Shown here piece by piece: positions 46,199 to 54,847 of a stretch of 64,000 bases of DNA. Source of the stretch: Actinomycetota bacterium. Its GTDB lineage: Bacteria > Actinomycetota > Acidimicrobiia > Acidimicrobiales > Ilumatobacteraceae. The first letter of the stretch is position 1, and every line of letters begins with the position of its first letter. A model generated the notes under the pieces. That model saw only the letters and a program-made list of their open reading frames with translations. It was not told the origin of the DNA and made no database searches. Where the stretch lies: NCBI GenBank assembly GCA_041175365.1, contig JBEDFA010000023.1, positions 10,738 through 74,737 of the forward strand, written 5' to 3'. The position numbers were made by a program, and so were the translations under genes.

Positions 46199-47021
46199 GG
46201 TCGGGGCCGACCACGATGTCGCCAGCGAAATGTTCGGCGGCCATTGCACGCCATTCATCTTCTTGTCCTGGCTGAATTGCTGGCACGAAGTGCGTGAGCA
46301 ACAACGTCTTTACATTGCACTTTGTTGCAGTCTGAGCAGCCTGCTGCACCGTTGAGTGGTAATCGAGAATGTCCAAGAACCGTTCACCGGTTGGAACCAA
46401 TGGCGCAAAGGTGCGAACCAGGTCTTCGCGAAGAACTGTCTGTACGTAGATGTCTGCGTCTTTGCACATGTCGTACAGGCCGTCGCACGGAATCGTGTCG
46501 CCTGCAAGCGCGCCGACAACGCCCTCGTGTTCAATGCGGAATCCGACTGTTGGTGCCACGGGTCGGTGGTCAGTGGCATGGACTGACACCTTGACATCAC
46601 CAATGGTGAAAGATTCACCAGCTTCCACTTCGTGCACTTCCACCTTCATGCCGCCTGCAGCGCGTAAATCATCATGGTGATCAAGGCGGTAGGTCTCGTC
46701 CTGAGAAAGCATTGCGAGTAACCCTTCAATCATCTTTTGTGTTCCCTTGGGTCCGTAGATGGGAAGCGGTGTTGCTGCCGGTGATGAGATCCACCGTGTG
46801 GTGATGATGTCGTTGAGGTCGCAGATGTGATCGCTGTGCAGGTGCGTGAGAATCACTGCAGAAATAAATGGCGGCGGGCACATGGCACCCACGAGACGCA
46901 TGATCACACCACGGCCAGCATCGACAACAATGTTTTGTCCACCGGCCTGCACGAGGGTGGATGGTCCAGCGCATGTAGCGCTAGGGAGTGGGCTGCCGGT
47001 ACCGAGCAAGGTGATCTTCAT
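46179..47021 (-). CDS. MBL-fold metallo-hydrolase (RNase Z/BN-like)
   Basis: The motifs are MKITLLGTGSP and the metal motif LTHLHSDHICD, followed by later His/Asp ligands. Its 3' end overlaps the convergent DMT gene by 20 nt. Confidence 0.8.
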   Translation of the reverse strand: MKITLLGTGSPLPSATCAGPSTLVQAGGQNIVVDAGRGVIMRLVGAMCPPPFISAVILTHLHSDHICDLNDIITTRWISSPAATPLPIYGPKGTQKMIEGLLAMLSQDETYRLDHHDDLRAAGGMKVEVHEVEAGESFTIGDVKVSVHATDHRPVAPTVGFRIEHEGVVGALAGDTIPCDGLYDMCKDADIYVQTVLREDLVRTFAPLVPTGERFLDILDYHSTVQQAAQTATKCNVKTLLLTHFVPAIQPGQEDEWRAMAAEHFAGDIVVGPDLTFVEK

Positions 47022-47083
47022 GAGAAGAACCTAACCCTGATTGCGGAGGCAAAGTTAGAACACGGATTATTCCATCCGATGTA

Positions 47084-47635
47084 TCAACGTCCCTTTGGCT
47101 TGAACATCTCTCGGATCATGGGCTCGAAGTGAGACAACGGCGCGCTCTTGTAGTCGATGTCGAATGCGGGAGAGTCGTACTTTGCACAGAACTCTTCGGT
47201 GTATTCGAAGTATTCATGCCCGCGGAACTGTTCGCGTGCGTTCTTGTTGAGGCCGATGTAATCCCAGAAGTAATACCCCTGGAAGATTCCGTGATGTTTC
47301 ACCATCCACCAGTTGGCATCGGAAACAAAAGGCTTCAAGATGCCTGCGGCAATGTCGGGGTGATTAAACGGAGCAAGGTTGTCGCCGATGTCATGAATCA
47401 ATGCGCACATGATGTATTCAGCATCACGTCCGTCAGCTTCGGCACGCGTTGCGGTCTGCAAGCAGTGCTCAAGGCGATTAACGGGGAAGCCACCCTGATC
47501 GAGTTCAAGCATCTGCAGCTGTTGAATAACGCGGTCAGCAACCATTGCTTGTGTCTCTTGCAGACACACCATGATGTTTTGCCATTCTTCCTTTGTGGAT
47601 TCCTCGAATGACTTGAATGTTGCGCGCTCGACCAT
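47084..47635 (-). CDS. HD-domain metal-dependent hydrolase/oxygenase-like protein
   Basis: The His-Asp signature is ALIHDIGD, preceded by LEHCLQTA and followed by VKHHG. It is 183 aa. The subfamily is not resolved. Confidence 0.65.
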   Translation of the reverse strand: MVERATFKSFEESTKEEWQNIMVCLQETQAMVADRVIQQLQMLELDQGGFPVNRLEHCLQTATRAEADGRDAEYIMCALIHDIGDNLAPFNHPDIAAGILKPFVSDANWWMVKHHGIFQGYYFWDYIGLNKNAREQFRGHEYFEYTEEFCAKYDSPAFDIDYKSAPLSHFEPMIREMFKPKGR

Positions 47636-47683
47636 GGTCCCCCCTTGTTGGTAAAGAAAAACTACTACTGCGAGACGAAGATG

Positions 47684-48286
47684 TCAGCCGCGAGAACGAA
47701 CAACGGCCACAACGGAGCCGATCTTCATGTTCTCGAATACCCACTTGGCATCGGTGACCCTCATGCGGACACATCCATGCGAGACGGGGGCGATCCCGAG
47801 CGGGGTGTAAAACGGAATGTCTCCGTTCTTGGTGACCTTATATGGGATGCCGTGGAACCCGATGTTGTCACCCTGACGGCCTTTGGTAAAGCGAGTCATG
47901 AACTTCATTCGTTCATTTGGGGCTGGAGTAAAAAAAGCCTGAGCAGACTTGGAGAACACTTTGAAGGTGCCGACAGGAGTTTGGTCTTTTGCGCCTGTTG
48001 AGACGGGGAGTGTGGCGATGAGGCGACGGCTGGCTGTGTAGAAGTACGCGCGTTGCTCGCTGAGAACAATGCGAGCGAAAGCAATGTTGATGCGTTGCTT
48101 CTGTGGACCTGAGACCGGAGGTAGAGTCGATGTTGTTGTTGTCGCAATAGTCGAGGTCGCCGTGGAATCCACTGGAACCGTAGTGTCCGGCGTGGTGTCG
48201 CTAGAGCCTTCGGCATGCGCGGTCATAGCAGGCACAAGTGTGCTCACTGCAAGAACGGCAAGGGCGATACGGCGGGGGCGAATCAT
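47684..48286 (-). CDS. L,D-transpeptidase (YkuD domain)
   Basis: It has a signal peptide, a Thr-rich linker, and the catalytic motif FHGIP....G...SHGCVRM. Confidence 0.85.
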   Translation of the reverse strand: MIRPRRIALAVLAVSTLVPAMTAHAEGSSDTTPDTTVPVDSTATSTIATTTTSTLPPVSGPQKQRINIAFARIVLSEQRAYFYTASRRLIATLPVSTGAKDQTPVGTFKVFSKSAQAFFTPAPNERMKFMTRFTKGRQGDNIGFHGIPYKVTKNGDIPFYTPLGIAPVSHGCVRMRVTDAKWVFENMKIGSVVAVVRSRG

Positions 48287-48334
48287 GATGAGGAAAGGCT
48301 AGTAGTGGCACTGACCCTGCACGGGTCACTTCAC

Positions 48335-48775
48335 TTATTCAGCGGCGATGTCGAGTGCTTCGGCCAATGTGTTCCATGACAACACTGCGCACTTGATGCG
48401 CACAGGGAACTTCACGACGCCTGTGAGCGCTTCAAGATCGCCGAGTGGAGCAGATGTATCTGGCTCGCCATCTTCTTCGATGGACATCATGTGCTTGAAA
48501 CGGCTGATGAGTGCGCGAATTTCTGCAATGGGCTTGCCCTTGACTGCAGCGCTCATCATTGATGCAGAGCTTTGGCTGATGGAGCATCCCTGGCCGCTGA
48601 TCTTGATATCGGAAACCTTGTCGTCTTCGACGGCGATGAACACTTCAATCTCGTCACCACACAATGGGTTATGACCTTCGGCGCGCACTGCAGGTGGTTC
48701 AAGGGAGCCACGGTTGCGTGGGCTCTTGTAATGATCAAGAATGATTTCGCGGTAGAGGTCTTCGAGGCCGGGCAT
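48335..48775 (-). CDS. sufU: Fe-S cluster assembly sulfur-transfer protein SufU
   Basis: The motifs are LYREIILDHYKSPRN, NPLCGDEI, GQGCSISQSSASMM and VKFPVRIKCA, which are diagnostic of SufU/IscU-like proteins. Confidence 0.9.
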   Translation of the reverse strand: MPGLEDLYREIILDHYKSPRNRGSLEPPAVRAEGHNPLCGDEIEVFIAVEDDKVSDIKISGQGCSISQSSASMMSAAVKGKPIAEIRALISRFKHMMSIEEDGEPDTSAPLGDLEALTGVVKFPVRIKCAVLSWNTLAEALDIAAE

Positions 48776-48804
48776 GGTGTGTCTCCGTGTCTAGAACTAT
48801 GAGG

Positions 48805-50037
48805 CTAGAGGGTGAAGAAGTCGCCCGCGGCGGATAGCGCATCGCAAAGGGCGTCAACTTCTTGGTTGGTGTTGTACAGGTAGAAACTGGCGCGCACGGT
48901 GGCATTAGAGCCCAGCAAACGCATGAGCGGCTTGGCGCAGTGGTGTCCAGCGCGAACGCACACATTTGTTTGGTCAAGCACTTGGCTGACGTCGTGAGGA
49001 TGAACATCCCGATACGCAAAGCTAAGTGTGGCTCCGCGCACCGACACATCACGACTTCCGTGGATCACGATGTCGTCGCCAAATCGGCTGGTGAGAGTGT
49101 CCAGCGCATAGGTGGTGATGTCGATTTCGTGCTGACGAATGTTCTGCATGCCAAGTGCAGTCAAGTAATCAACTGCGGCGCTGAGACCAATGGCTTCGAT
49201 GATGGGTTGAGTGCCTGCTTCGAACTTGGCAGGAAGTTCCGCACATGTGAACCCATCAAGTTTCACGTCGGCAATCATGTTGCCGCCGCCAAGGAACGGT
49301 GGCATTGCATCGAGTAGAGATTCGCGTCCCCACAACATGCCGATGCCGGTGGGGCCGACCATCTTGTGGCTACTGAATGCGAGGAAGTCTGCGTCTAATG
49401 CCTGCACGTCGGTGGGCATGTGTGGAACTGATTGACAACCATCAACGATTGCAATCGCACCGTGCTTGTGTGCGGCTGCTACGAGCTCAGCAACAGGGTT
49501 GATTGTTCCGAGAACATTGGACATTGCGGTGAAAGAAAATGCTTTCGCGCCAGTGAGCAATGTGTCGAGATCGGAGAGGTCGAGAAGGCCGTCGGAAGTG
49601 AGTGGAACCCAACGAATGGTGAAGCCACGCTCTGCAGCAAGCATCTGCCACGGAACAATGTTTGCGTGATGTTCCATGTGCGTGAGAAGAACGACATCGC
49701 CCTTATTGAGGTTTGCGGAACCCCACGCGCGAGCAACAAGGTTGAGAGCTTCTGTTGCGTTTTTTGTGAACACCACTTCATGTGCATGCGGTGCATTGAT
49801 GAACTTGGCAACCTTGGCGCGCGCACCTTCGTACAAATCTGTTGCATGTGCAGCCATTGAGTAAGCACTGCGATTCGTCGGGCTGTATTCATGCGACATG
49901 AAATTGCTCATCGCATCGATGACCGACAAAGGCTTCTGTGAAGAGTTTGCGGAGTCGAGATACACCAGCGGCTTGCCGTTGATGACTTCTGCGAGAACAG
50001 GGAAGTCAGCGCGGATTTTCTGTACGTCGTAGCTCAC
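48805..50037 (-). CDS. sufS: Cysteine desulfurase SufS
   Basis: The motifs are the PLP-lysine motif FSSHKMVGPTGIG, the active-site loop RAGHHCAKP, and LTHMEHHANIVPW. Confidence 0.93.
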   Translation of the reverse strand: MSYDVQKIRADFPVLAEVINGKPLVYLDSANSSQKPLSVIDAMSNFMSHEYSPTNRSAYSMAAHATDLYEGARAKVAKFINAPHAHEVVFTKNATEALNLVARAWGSANLNKGDVVLLTHMEHHANIVPWQMLAAERGFTIRWVPLTSDGLLDLSDLDTLLTGAKAFSFTAMSNVLGTINPVAELVAAAHKHGAIAIVDGCQSVPHMPTDVQALDADFLAFSSHKMVGPTGIGMLWGRESLLDAMPPFLGGGNMIADVKLDGFTCAELPAKFEAGTQPIIEAIGLSAAVDYLTALGMQNIRQHEIDITTYALDTLTSRFGDDIVIHGSRDVSVRGATLSFAYRDVHPHDVSQVLDQTNVCVRAGHHCAKPLMRLLGSNATVRASFYLYNTNQEVDALCDALSAAGDFFTL

Positions 50038-50042
50038 AACGA

Positions 50043-50804
50043 TTACGCCTTGTAGGCCTCGTAGCCGTTCTTTTCAAGTTCAGCAGCAACTTCCATGCCA
50101 CCGGACTTCACGATGCGTCCGTCAATCATGATGTGTACGTGATCGGGCTGCAGTTCGTCAAGAAGGCGCTGGTAGTGCGTGATGAGAAGAATGCCCAAGT
50201 TCGGACGGTCTGCGCGAACCTCGCGAATACCTTTTGCAACGATGCGCAATGCGTCGATGTCGAGACCTGAGTCTGTTTCGTCGAGAACTGCGAACTCTGG
50301 TTCGAGCAATGCCATCTGCATGATCTCGTTGCGCTTCTTTTCGCCACCGGAGAAACCTTCGTTGAGGTAACGGTCGACGAAAGAAGAGTCCATGCCCAGA
50401 CGCTTCATCCAGTCCATGGCGGACAAACGAAGTTCAAGGACGGAGAGGTCTATTCCCTTGCGTGCCGACAAGGCCTGGCGAAGGAACTGGATGACGGAGA
50501 CTCCGGCAATTTCCTGTGGGTATTGGAAGGCGAGGAACATGCCAGCCTTGGCACGCACATCTGTGGTCCAGTCGGTGATGTTTTCGTCGTTGAGGAAAAT
50601 GTCGCCCGAGGTGACTTCGTATTCGGGAGAGGCGAGCAGTGTGCTGGCCAAGGTGGACTTGCCACAGCCATTGGGGCCCATGATGGCGTGCACTTCGCCA
50701 GCGCCCACTTTGAGAGAGAGCCCGCGAAGAATCTCGGCAGGGGTCTCGCCATCGTCAGTGACGGGGCGGGCGTGGAGGTTCTCAATACGGAAAAGTTCGC
50801 TCAC
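50043..50804 (-). CDS. sufC: Fe-S cluster assembly ATPase SufC (copy 2, canonical-looking)
   Basis: The motifs are GPNGCGKST, FLAFQYPQEIAGV, LNEGFSGGEKKRNEI, VLDETDSGLDIDAL and ITHYQRLL. It has a GTG start and lies 5 nt upstream of sufS. Confidence 0.92.
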   Translation of the reverse strand: MSELFRIENLHARPVTDDGETPAEILRGLSLKVGAGEVHAIMGPNGCGKSTLASTLLASPEYEVTSGDIFLNDENITDWTTDVRAKAGMFLAFQYPQEIAGVSVIQFLRQALSARKGIDLSVLELRLSAMDWMKRLGMDSSFVDRYLNEGFSGGEKKRNEIMQMALLEPEFAVLDETDSGLDIDALRIVAKGIREVRADRPNLGILLITHYQRLLDELQPDHVHIMIDGRIVKSGGMEVAAELEKNGYEAYKA

Positions 50805-50834
50805 GGAGCCAGTCTATTAGGGCTCGTGGGATTA

Positions 50835-50852
50835 CCACTATGGGCGTAGTGG
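50835..50852. promoter_or_regulatory. Candidate suf operator, ACTA-N6-TAGT palindrome (site 2)
   Basis: The sequence is CCACTATGGGCGTAGTGG, a perfect 6+6 inverted repeat with a 6-nt spacer. It sits in the 51-nt gap between the desaturase stop and the sufC2 start. It matches site 1 (17412-17425) at 13 of 14 core positions. Confidence 0.5.
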
Positions 50853-50855
50853 AAA

Positions 50856-51791
50856 CTACGACACAGGGGCGAGGGCTCGCCAGAGGGCGGGGTAGCTGGG
50901 GTATTCCAGCGTGTCGTCGAGGTAGTTGGCCTCGTGGAGAAGCTGGTGGTACTCGCGCAGATGGCGGAAGGGGACGCCGGCGTCGACGTGGTGCGCCATG
51001 TGAAAACCGATGTTGTAGGGCACTAAATAGAAGCGTGCAAACCAATGCTGGCGAACCGAATGGGTGGTGTAGCGACGGTCGTCGTCTTCACGAAGACCGC
51101 CATGTTCAGCAATGGACCGCAGGCGATTGATGACGCGCCACACAGTGAGATAGGGCGCTACCCACATCACGGGGTACATCCACCAATATCCGACAACAGT
51201 GAATGCTGTAGCGATGACAACTTGAACGCCGAGCATCTTCCACAACGTATTGCGCACTCGTGCGTCTGAAGAACGCAGACCTTTCATCTGATTGCGCAAC
51301 AACTTGTAACCGGTTTGCCCCGTTGCATCGCGAATGAGCTTGCGGCGCAGGCTTGCTCGACTGATGGGGTAATTGGCATACAGCGGAATGTCAGGTTCGT
51401 TCGGACCGAACTCGCGTTTATGGTGCGCCATGTGCACACGTCGGTACGCCTGTGTGCTTGTGAGCTCTGTGTATCCCAGTAACCAATTTCCCACGAAGTC
51501 ATTTGTTGCTTTATGCGTGAAGAGAAGACGATGTGCTGCTTCATGCATGAGTGATGCGAACTGCGCATGTGCACGACCCATGAGGAGAAACGCAACGACC
51601 CATGTTTCTGGACTATTGATCTTCGCTGCTGCAACCAGAATGAGAATGTTCTGTCCGTACATCCATACGACAGAGAATGCATTTTTGAACGAAGGAATTT
51701 TGCGCAGTCGTGTGCGGTCTTCTTGGGACAGTCGACCATCAAGTGCGAGGTGCGGGGTGGCGTGTGCTTCCGGCAAAACCGTCGGCGCCAT
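50856..51791 (-). CDS. Membrane fatty-acid desaturase family protein
   Basis: Track ORF 50856..52139 over-extends into the upstream gene. The three His boxes are HEAAHRL, HMAHHKRE and HMAHHVD. I set the start at ATG 51791 (MAPTVLPEAH), 19 nt after the upstream stop, but it is uncertain. Confidence 0.82.
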   Translation of the reverse strand: MAPTVLPEAHATPHLALDGRLSQEDRTRLRKIPSFKNAFSVVWMYGQNILILVAAAKINSPETWVVAFLLMGRAHAQFASLMHEAAHRLLFTHKATNDFVGNWLLGYTELTSTQAYRRVHMAHHKREFGPNEPDIPLYANYPISRASLRRKLIRDATGQTGYKLLRNQMKGLRSSDARVRNTLWKMLGVQVVIATAFTVVGYWWMYPVMWVAPYLTVWRVINRLRSIAEHGGLREDDDRRYTTHSVRQHWFARFYLVPYNIGFHMAHHVDAGVPFRHLREYHQLLHEANYLDDTLEYPSYPALWRALAPVS

Positions 51792-51810
51792 GCCGCCCAA
51801 GAAAGGGGAG

Positions 51811-52437
51811 TTACCAGCCACGATCAACCCACTCTTGAAGATGTGGACGTTCGACAGCAATCGATGTGTCAACTCCATGACCAGGAAGAACCACAGTGTT
51901 TCCGGGGAATGTGAAGAGTCTGTTGTCGAGTGACTGAATGATGGTCTCAAAACTACTGCCGGGGAAATGCGTTGCTCCCGGTCCGCCAGGAAACAACGTG
52001 TCTCCGGTGAAGAGCAGTGGAGCATCGTGCACTTTGAATGACACCGAGCCAGGCGTATGGCCGGGGTTATGAATTGCTTCGAGTCGTAACTTGCCCACTT
52101 CGATGACTTGTGTGTCCGTGATGAATACGTCGTAGCCAACGTCTTTCAACATCTCGGCGTCTTCATTCATCACTGCAACTTCGTAGCCAGCTTCACGCAT
52201 TGCGGGGACAGCTTGGATGTGATCCCAGTGGCCGTGTGTTTCTAGGACGCGACGCACACCGAGTGCTGTACATAATTCGAGTAATTGTTCGTGTTCGTTT
52301 GCGGCATCAATCAACACTGCATCGCCGGTGTGTTTGCATCGCACGATGAACACGTTGTTGGCATAAGAACCGACAACAACACGATGAACTTCGAGATTGT
52401 GATCGAAGTAGTGAAGTGTTCCCAGCGTCGAAGCCAT
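51811..52437 (-). CDS. MBL-fold hydrolase (glyoxalase II-like)
   Basis: Track ORF 51811..52632 over-extends into vapC. The metal motif is ETHGHWDHIQ, followed by HNPGHTPGS and GDTLF. I placed the start at ATG 52437 (MASTLGTLHYF). Confidence 0.8.
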   Translation of the reverse strand: MASTLGTLHYFDHNLEVHRVVVGSYANNVFIVRCKHTGDAVLIDAANEHEQLLELCTALGVRRVLETHGHWDHIQAVPAMREAGYEVAVMNEDAEMLKDVGYDVFITDTQVIEVGKLRLEAIHNPGHTPGSVSFKVHDAPLLFTGDTLFPGGPGATHFPGSSFETIIQSLDNRLFTFPGNTVVLPGHGVDTSIAVERPHLQEWVDRGW

Positions 52438-52441
52438 GTGT

Positions 52442-52846
52442 TTAGCCTGACACAACTTCGAAACCCATGGACAGTGCAACAGGAATCTGCGCGGCATCAA
52501 AGGTGACGAAGCTGACAGGTTGGGGCAATCGAGCTGCGGCAGCCAGATGCATTCCGGTGGACATGCCAACGGGCTGTTCTTGGCACAGGATGGTTGCTTC
52601 ATCCAGCAGTGCTTGGTCAAGCGGAACAACATGGAGGAAATCCCACGTATGTCTCAACATGTCTTCGAGATGTCGAATTAATACAGGTTCGTCCGTGAGG
52701 CGTGAAGCAGCAGCGATGGCCTCGCCCAATGCAACAGCGCATGCGGCCCAGGTGGTGTCATTATTCAGCGCGTCATTCACGATGTTTCGTGATGGTCCAT
52801 CGATGTGGAGAGACAGCAGTGCACTGGCATCGAGAAAAACGGTCAT
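52442..52846 (-). CDS. vapC: PIN-domain toxin VapC
   Basis: The N-terminus is VFLDASALL with acidic residues spaced as in PIN domains, and FDAAQ lies near the C-terminus. It has a 4-nt overlap with the upstream antitoxin gene. Confidence 0.8.
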   Translation of the reverse strand: MTVFLDASALLSLHIDGPSRNIVNDALNNDTTWAACAVALGEAIAAASRLTDEPVLIRHLEDMLRHTWDFLHVVPLDQALLDEATILCQEQPVGMSTGMHLAAAARLPQPVSFVTFDAAQIPVALSMGFEVVSG

Positions 52847-53118
52847 GAGCGCACCTGATTCAGTGCACGGTCGACTCGTGCTCCGGAGGACAAGAGAAGT
52901 GGGTCGTCGGGGATCCAGTCGCCACGTCGGCGAGGTGGCGCAACGGCGCCTCGGGCAATGAGGTCGGCCATGGTGACCCCAGCCATGTCGGCTGCCATAT
53001 TGCTGAGTTGGGCGACGGGTGCGCCATCGACGGTGATGATGACCCGCTCACCATGCTGGGCTCGCCGTATATAGGTGGCAAGGGCAGATCTGAATTCCCG
53101 CATTCCGACAAAGGCCAT
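52843..53118 (-). CDS. vapB: Type II antitoxin (Phd/YefM-like) VapB
   Basis: 91 aa. The N-terminus MREFRSALATYIRRAQHGERVIITVDGAPVAQL is typical of Phd/YefM-type antitoxins. It is coupled to vapC. Confidence 0.72.
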   Translation of the reverse strand: MAFVGMREFRSALATYIRRAQHGERVIITVDGAPVAQLSNMAADMAGVTMADLIARGAVAPPRRRGDWIPDDPLLLSSGARVDRALNQVRS

Positions 53119-53136
53119 GTCGACAGGCTACAGGGT

Positions 53137-53154
53137 GTGTACACCTGTGTACAC
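53137..53154. promoter_or_regulatory. Tandem palindromic operator candidate upstream of vapB
   Basis: GTGTACAC c t GTGTACAC: two perfect 8-bp palindromes with a 10-bp centre-to-centre spacing. They lie 19-36 nt upstream of the vapB ATG (53118). Confidence 0.55.
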
Positions 53155-53198
53155 GGCTCAAGTAGCGGAGGGTGATTGGGCTGGGTCAGAATGAAGCC

Positions 53199-54314
53199 AT
53201 GAATTTTGCATTTAGTGAAGAACAAGAAGAACTCCGCAAGATGGTGCGCTCGTTCCTTGAGAACAAGTCATCAGAAGAGGCAGTTCGCGAGAACATGGAA
53301 ACCGTTAATGGTTTCGACGCAGCAGTGTGGTCACAGATGGCCGGCGAAATGGCTCTTCAGGGTCTCGCTATTCCAGAAGAGTTCGGTGGCCAGGGCTACA
53401 GCTTCATCGAGCTTGGTGTAGTTCTTGAAGAAATGGGTCGCGCTCTCTTGTGTGCACCTTTCTTCTCCAGCGTTGTTCTTGCAGCAAACACACTTCTCCT
53501 CTCCGGTGACGATGCAGCAAAGAAGGCGTACCTTCCAGGCATCGCAAGCGGCGAGACAATCGCAACACTTGCAACCACCGAGCCATCAGGTCGTTGGGAC
53601 GAAGCAGGCATCACGATCGAAGCAAAGGGTGCAGGTTCTGACTTCACCATCAGCGGCACCAAGAGCTTCGTACTCGATGGTCACACCGCAAACCTCATCA
53701 TCGTTGCAGCTCGCACCGCAAAGGGTGTCAGCCTCTTCGCAGTAGAGGGCAACGCAAGCGGCCTCACACGTACAGCTCTTTCCACAATGGACCAGACACG
53801 TAAGCAAGCCAAGCTTGAGTTCAACAACACACCAGCGAAGCTCATCGGTACAGAGGGCAACGGCGGCGCAGTTCTTTCTCAGGTCATGGACCTCGCAGCA
53901 GTTGCACTTGCAGCTGAGCAGGTGGGTGGAGCTCAGAAGGTTCTCGAAATGGCAGTGCAGTACGCAAAGGATCGCATCCAGTTCGGTCGCCCCATCGGTT
54001 CGTTCCAGGCAATCAAGCACAAGTGTGCAGACATGTTGCTTGAGGTTGAGTCCGCAAAGTCCGCTGCTTACTACGGCATGTGGTGTGCAGCTGAAATGAA
54101 CGAAGAACTTCCTTCGGTCGCTTCACTTGCAAAGGCTTACTGCTCAGAGGCTTACTTCCACGCAACAGCCGAGAACATCCAGATTCACGGCGGTATTGGT
54201 TTCACCTGGGAACACCCAGCACACCTCTACTTCAAGCGTGCAAAGTCAAGCGAACTCATCTTCGGTGACCCCACCTACCACCGCGAGCTTCTTGCTCAGC
54301 GCATCGGTATCTGA
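53199..54314 (+). CDS. Acyl-CoA dehydrogenase
   Basis: Track ORF 53172..54314. The N-terminus is MNFAFSEEQEELRKMVRSF, followed by the FAD/substrate motifs and a C-terminal IHGGIGFTWEH..HLYFKRAK. Confidence 0.92.
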   Translation: MNFAFSEEQEELRKMVRSFLENKSSEEAVRENMETVNGFDAAVWSQMAGEMALQGLAIPEEFGGQGYSFIELGVVLEEMGRALLCAPFFSSVVLAANTLLLSGDDAAKKAYLPGIASGETIATLATTEPSGRWDEAGITIEAKGAGSDFTISGTKSFVLDGHTANLIIVAARTAKGVSLFAVEGNASGLTRTALSTMDQTRKQAKLEFNNTPAKLIGTEGNGGAVLSQVMDLAAVALAAEQVGGAQKVLEMAVQYAKDRIQFGRPIGSFQAIKHKCADMLLEVESAKSAAYYGMWCAAEMNEELPSVASLAKAYCSEAYFHATAENIQIHGGIGFTWEHPAHLYFKRAKSSELIFGDPTYHRELLAQRIGI

Positions 54315-54337
54315 TCACTGTTTGAAACAGATTCAAG

Positions 54338-54373
54338 AAAGAGCCCGGGCCTCGTGCCCGGGCTCTTTTGTTT
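54338..54373 (+). terminator. Rho-independent terminator after the acyl-CoA dehydrogenase gene
   Basis: AAAGAGCCCGGGC ctcgt GCCCGGGCTCTTT followed by TGTTTG. It is a perfect 13-bp GC-rich stem followed by a T-rich tract. Confidence 0.8.
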
Positions 54374-54394
54374 GTCTGGACATAGGCTGAGGAC

Positions 54395-54847
54395 ATGTCA
54401 GCAACCATCGTCGTGTTCGCAGTGATCTCAACCCTTGTTGTGTTTGCGATTGCTGCCGGAGTCATTGGTCGAGAAGCTCATCGTCTTGATGCAGTTGCAC
54501 CACGCGTGGTGTATGAAATCGATCAAGCGGTGCAGTTTGTTTCCGATGCTTTGCCAGAAGGAACGCAGGCGCGTTTGACCTCTGATGAAGTCCGCGCTTT
54601 GTTATTGGGTCATCTCAATTGGATGGCAGACCGTGATCTCATGCCCAAGGATGTGGTCGATCGCCGGCAAGACATTGAGACACCGGTCGTGGCGGATGAA
54701 ACTGCGCTCGCCGCATATTTGCTGAATGAAGCCGCAGGTCGTGGCGTGGATTTGCTGGACGACGTTGATGTGGTGTTTGTGCTGGATGCGCACAACGCGT
54801 ATCTCGCAGCAATCGGCGCAGTTGGTCCGAAGGCTGATTCGCTTTAG
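54395..54847 (+). CDS. Hypothetical membrane-anchored protein (150 aa)
   Basis: It has an N-terminal TM helix (IVVFAVISTLVVFAIAAGVIG) followed by an acidic soluble domain. I recognise no family. Confidence 0.5.
   Translation: MSATIVVFAVISTLVVFAIAAGVIGREAHRLDAVAPRVVYEIDQAVQFVSDALPEGTQARLTSDEVRALLLGHLNWMADRDLMPKDVVDRRQDIETPVVADETALAAYLLNEAAGRGVDLLDDVDVVFVLDAHNAYLAAIGAVGPKADSL

Noticed and set aside
47084-47635. HD-domain protein as a PhnZ-like phosphonate oxygenase, together with the neighbouring MBL hydrolase as a phosphonate pathway
   Set aside because: Only the generic H...HD...H pattern is visible. There is no PhnY-like dioxygenase, transporter or other phosphonate gene nearby. The subfamily cannot be decided without an HMM or structure comparison.
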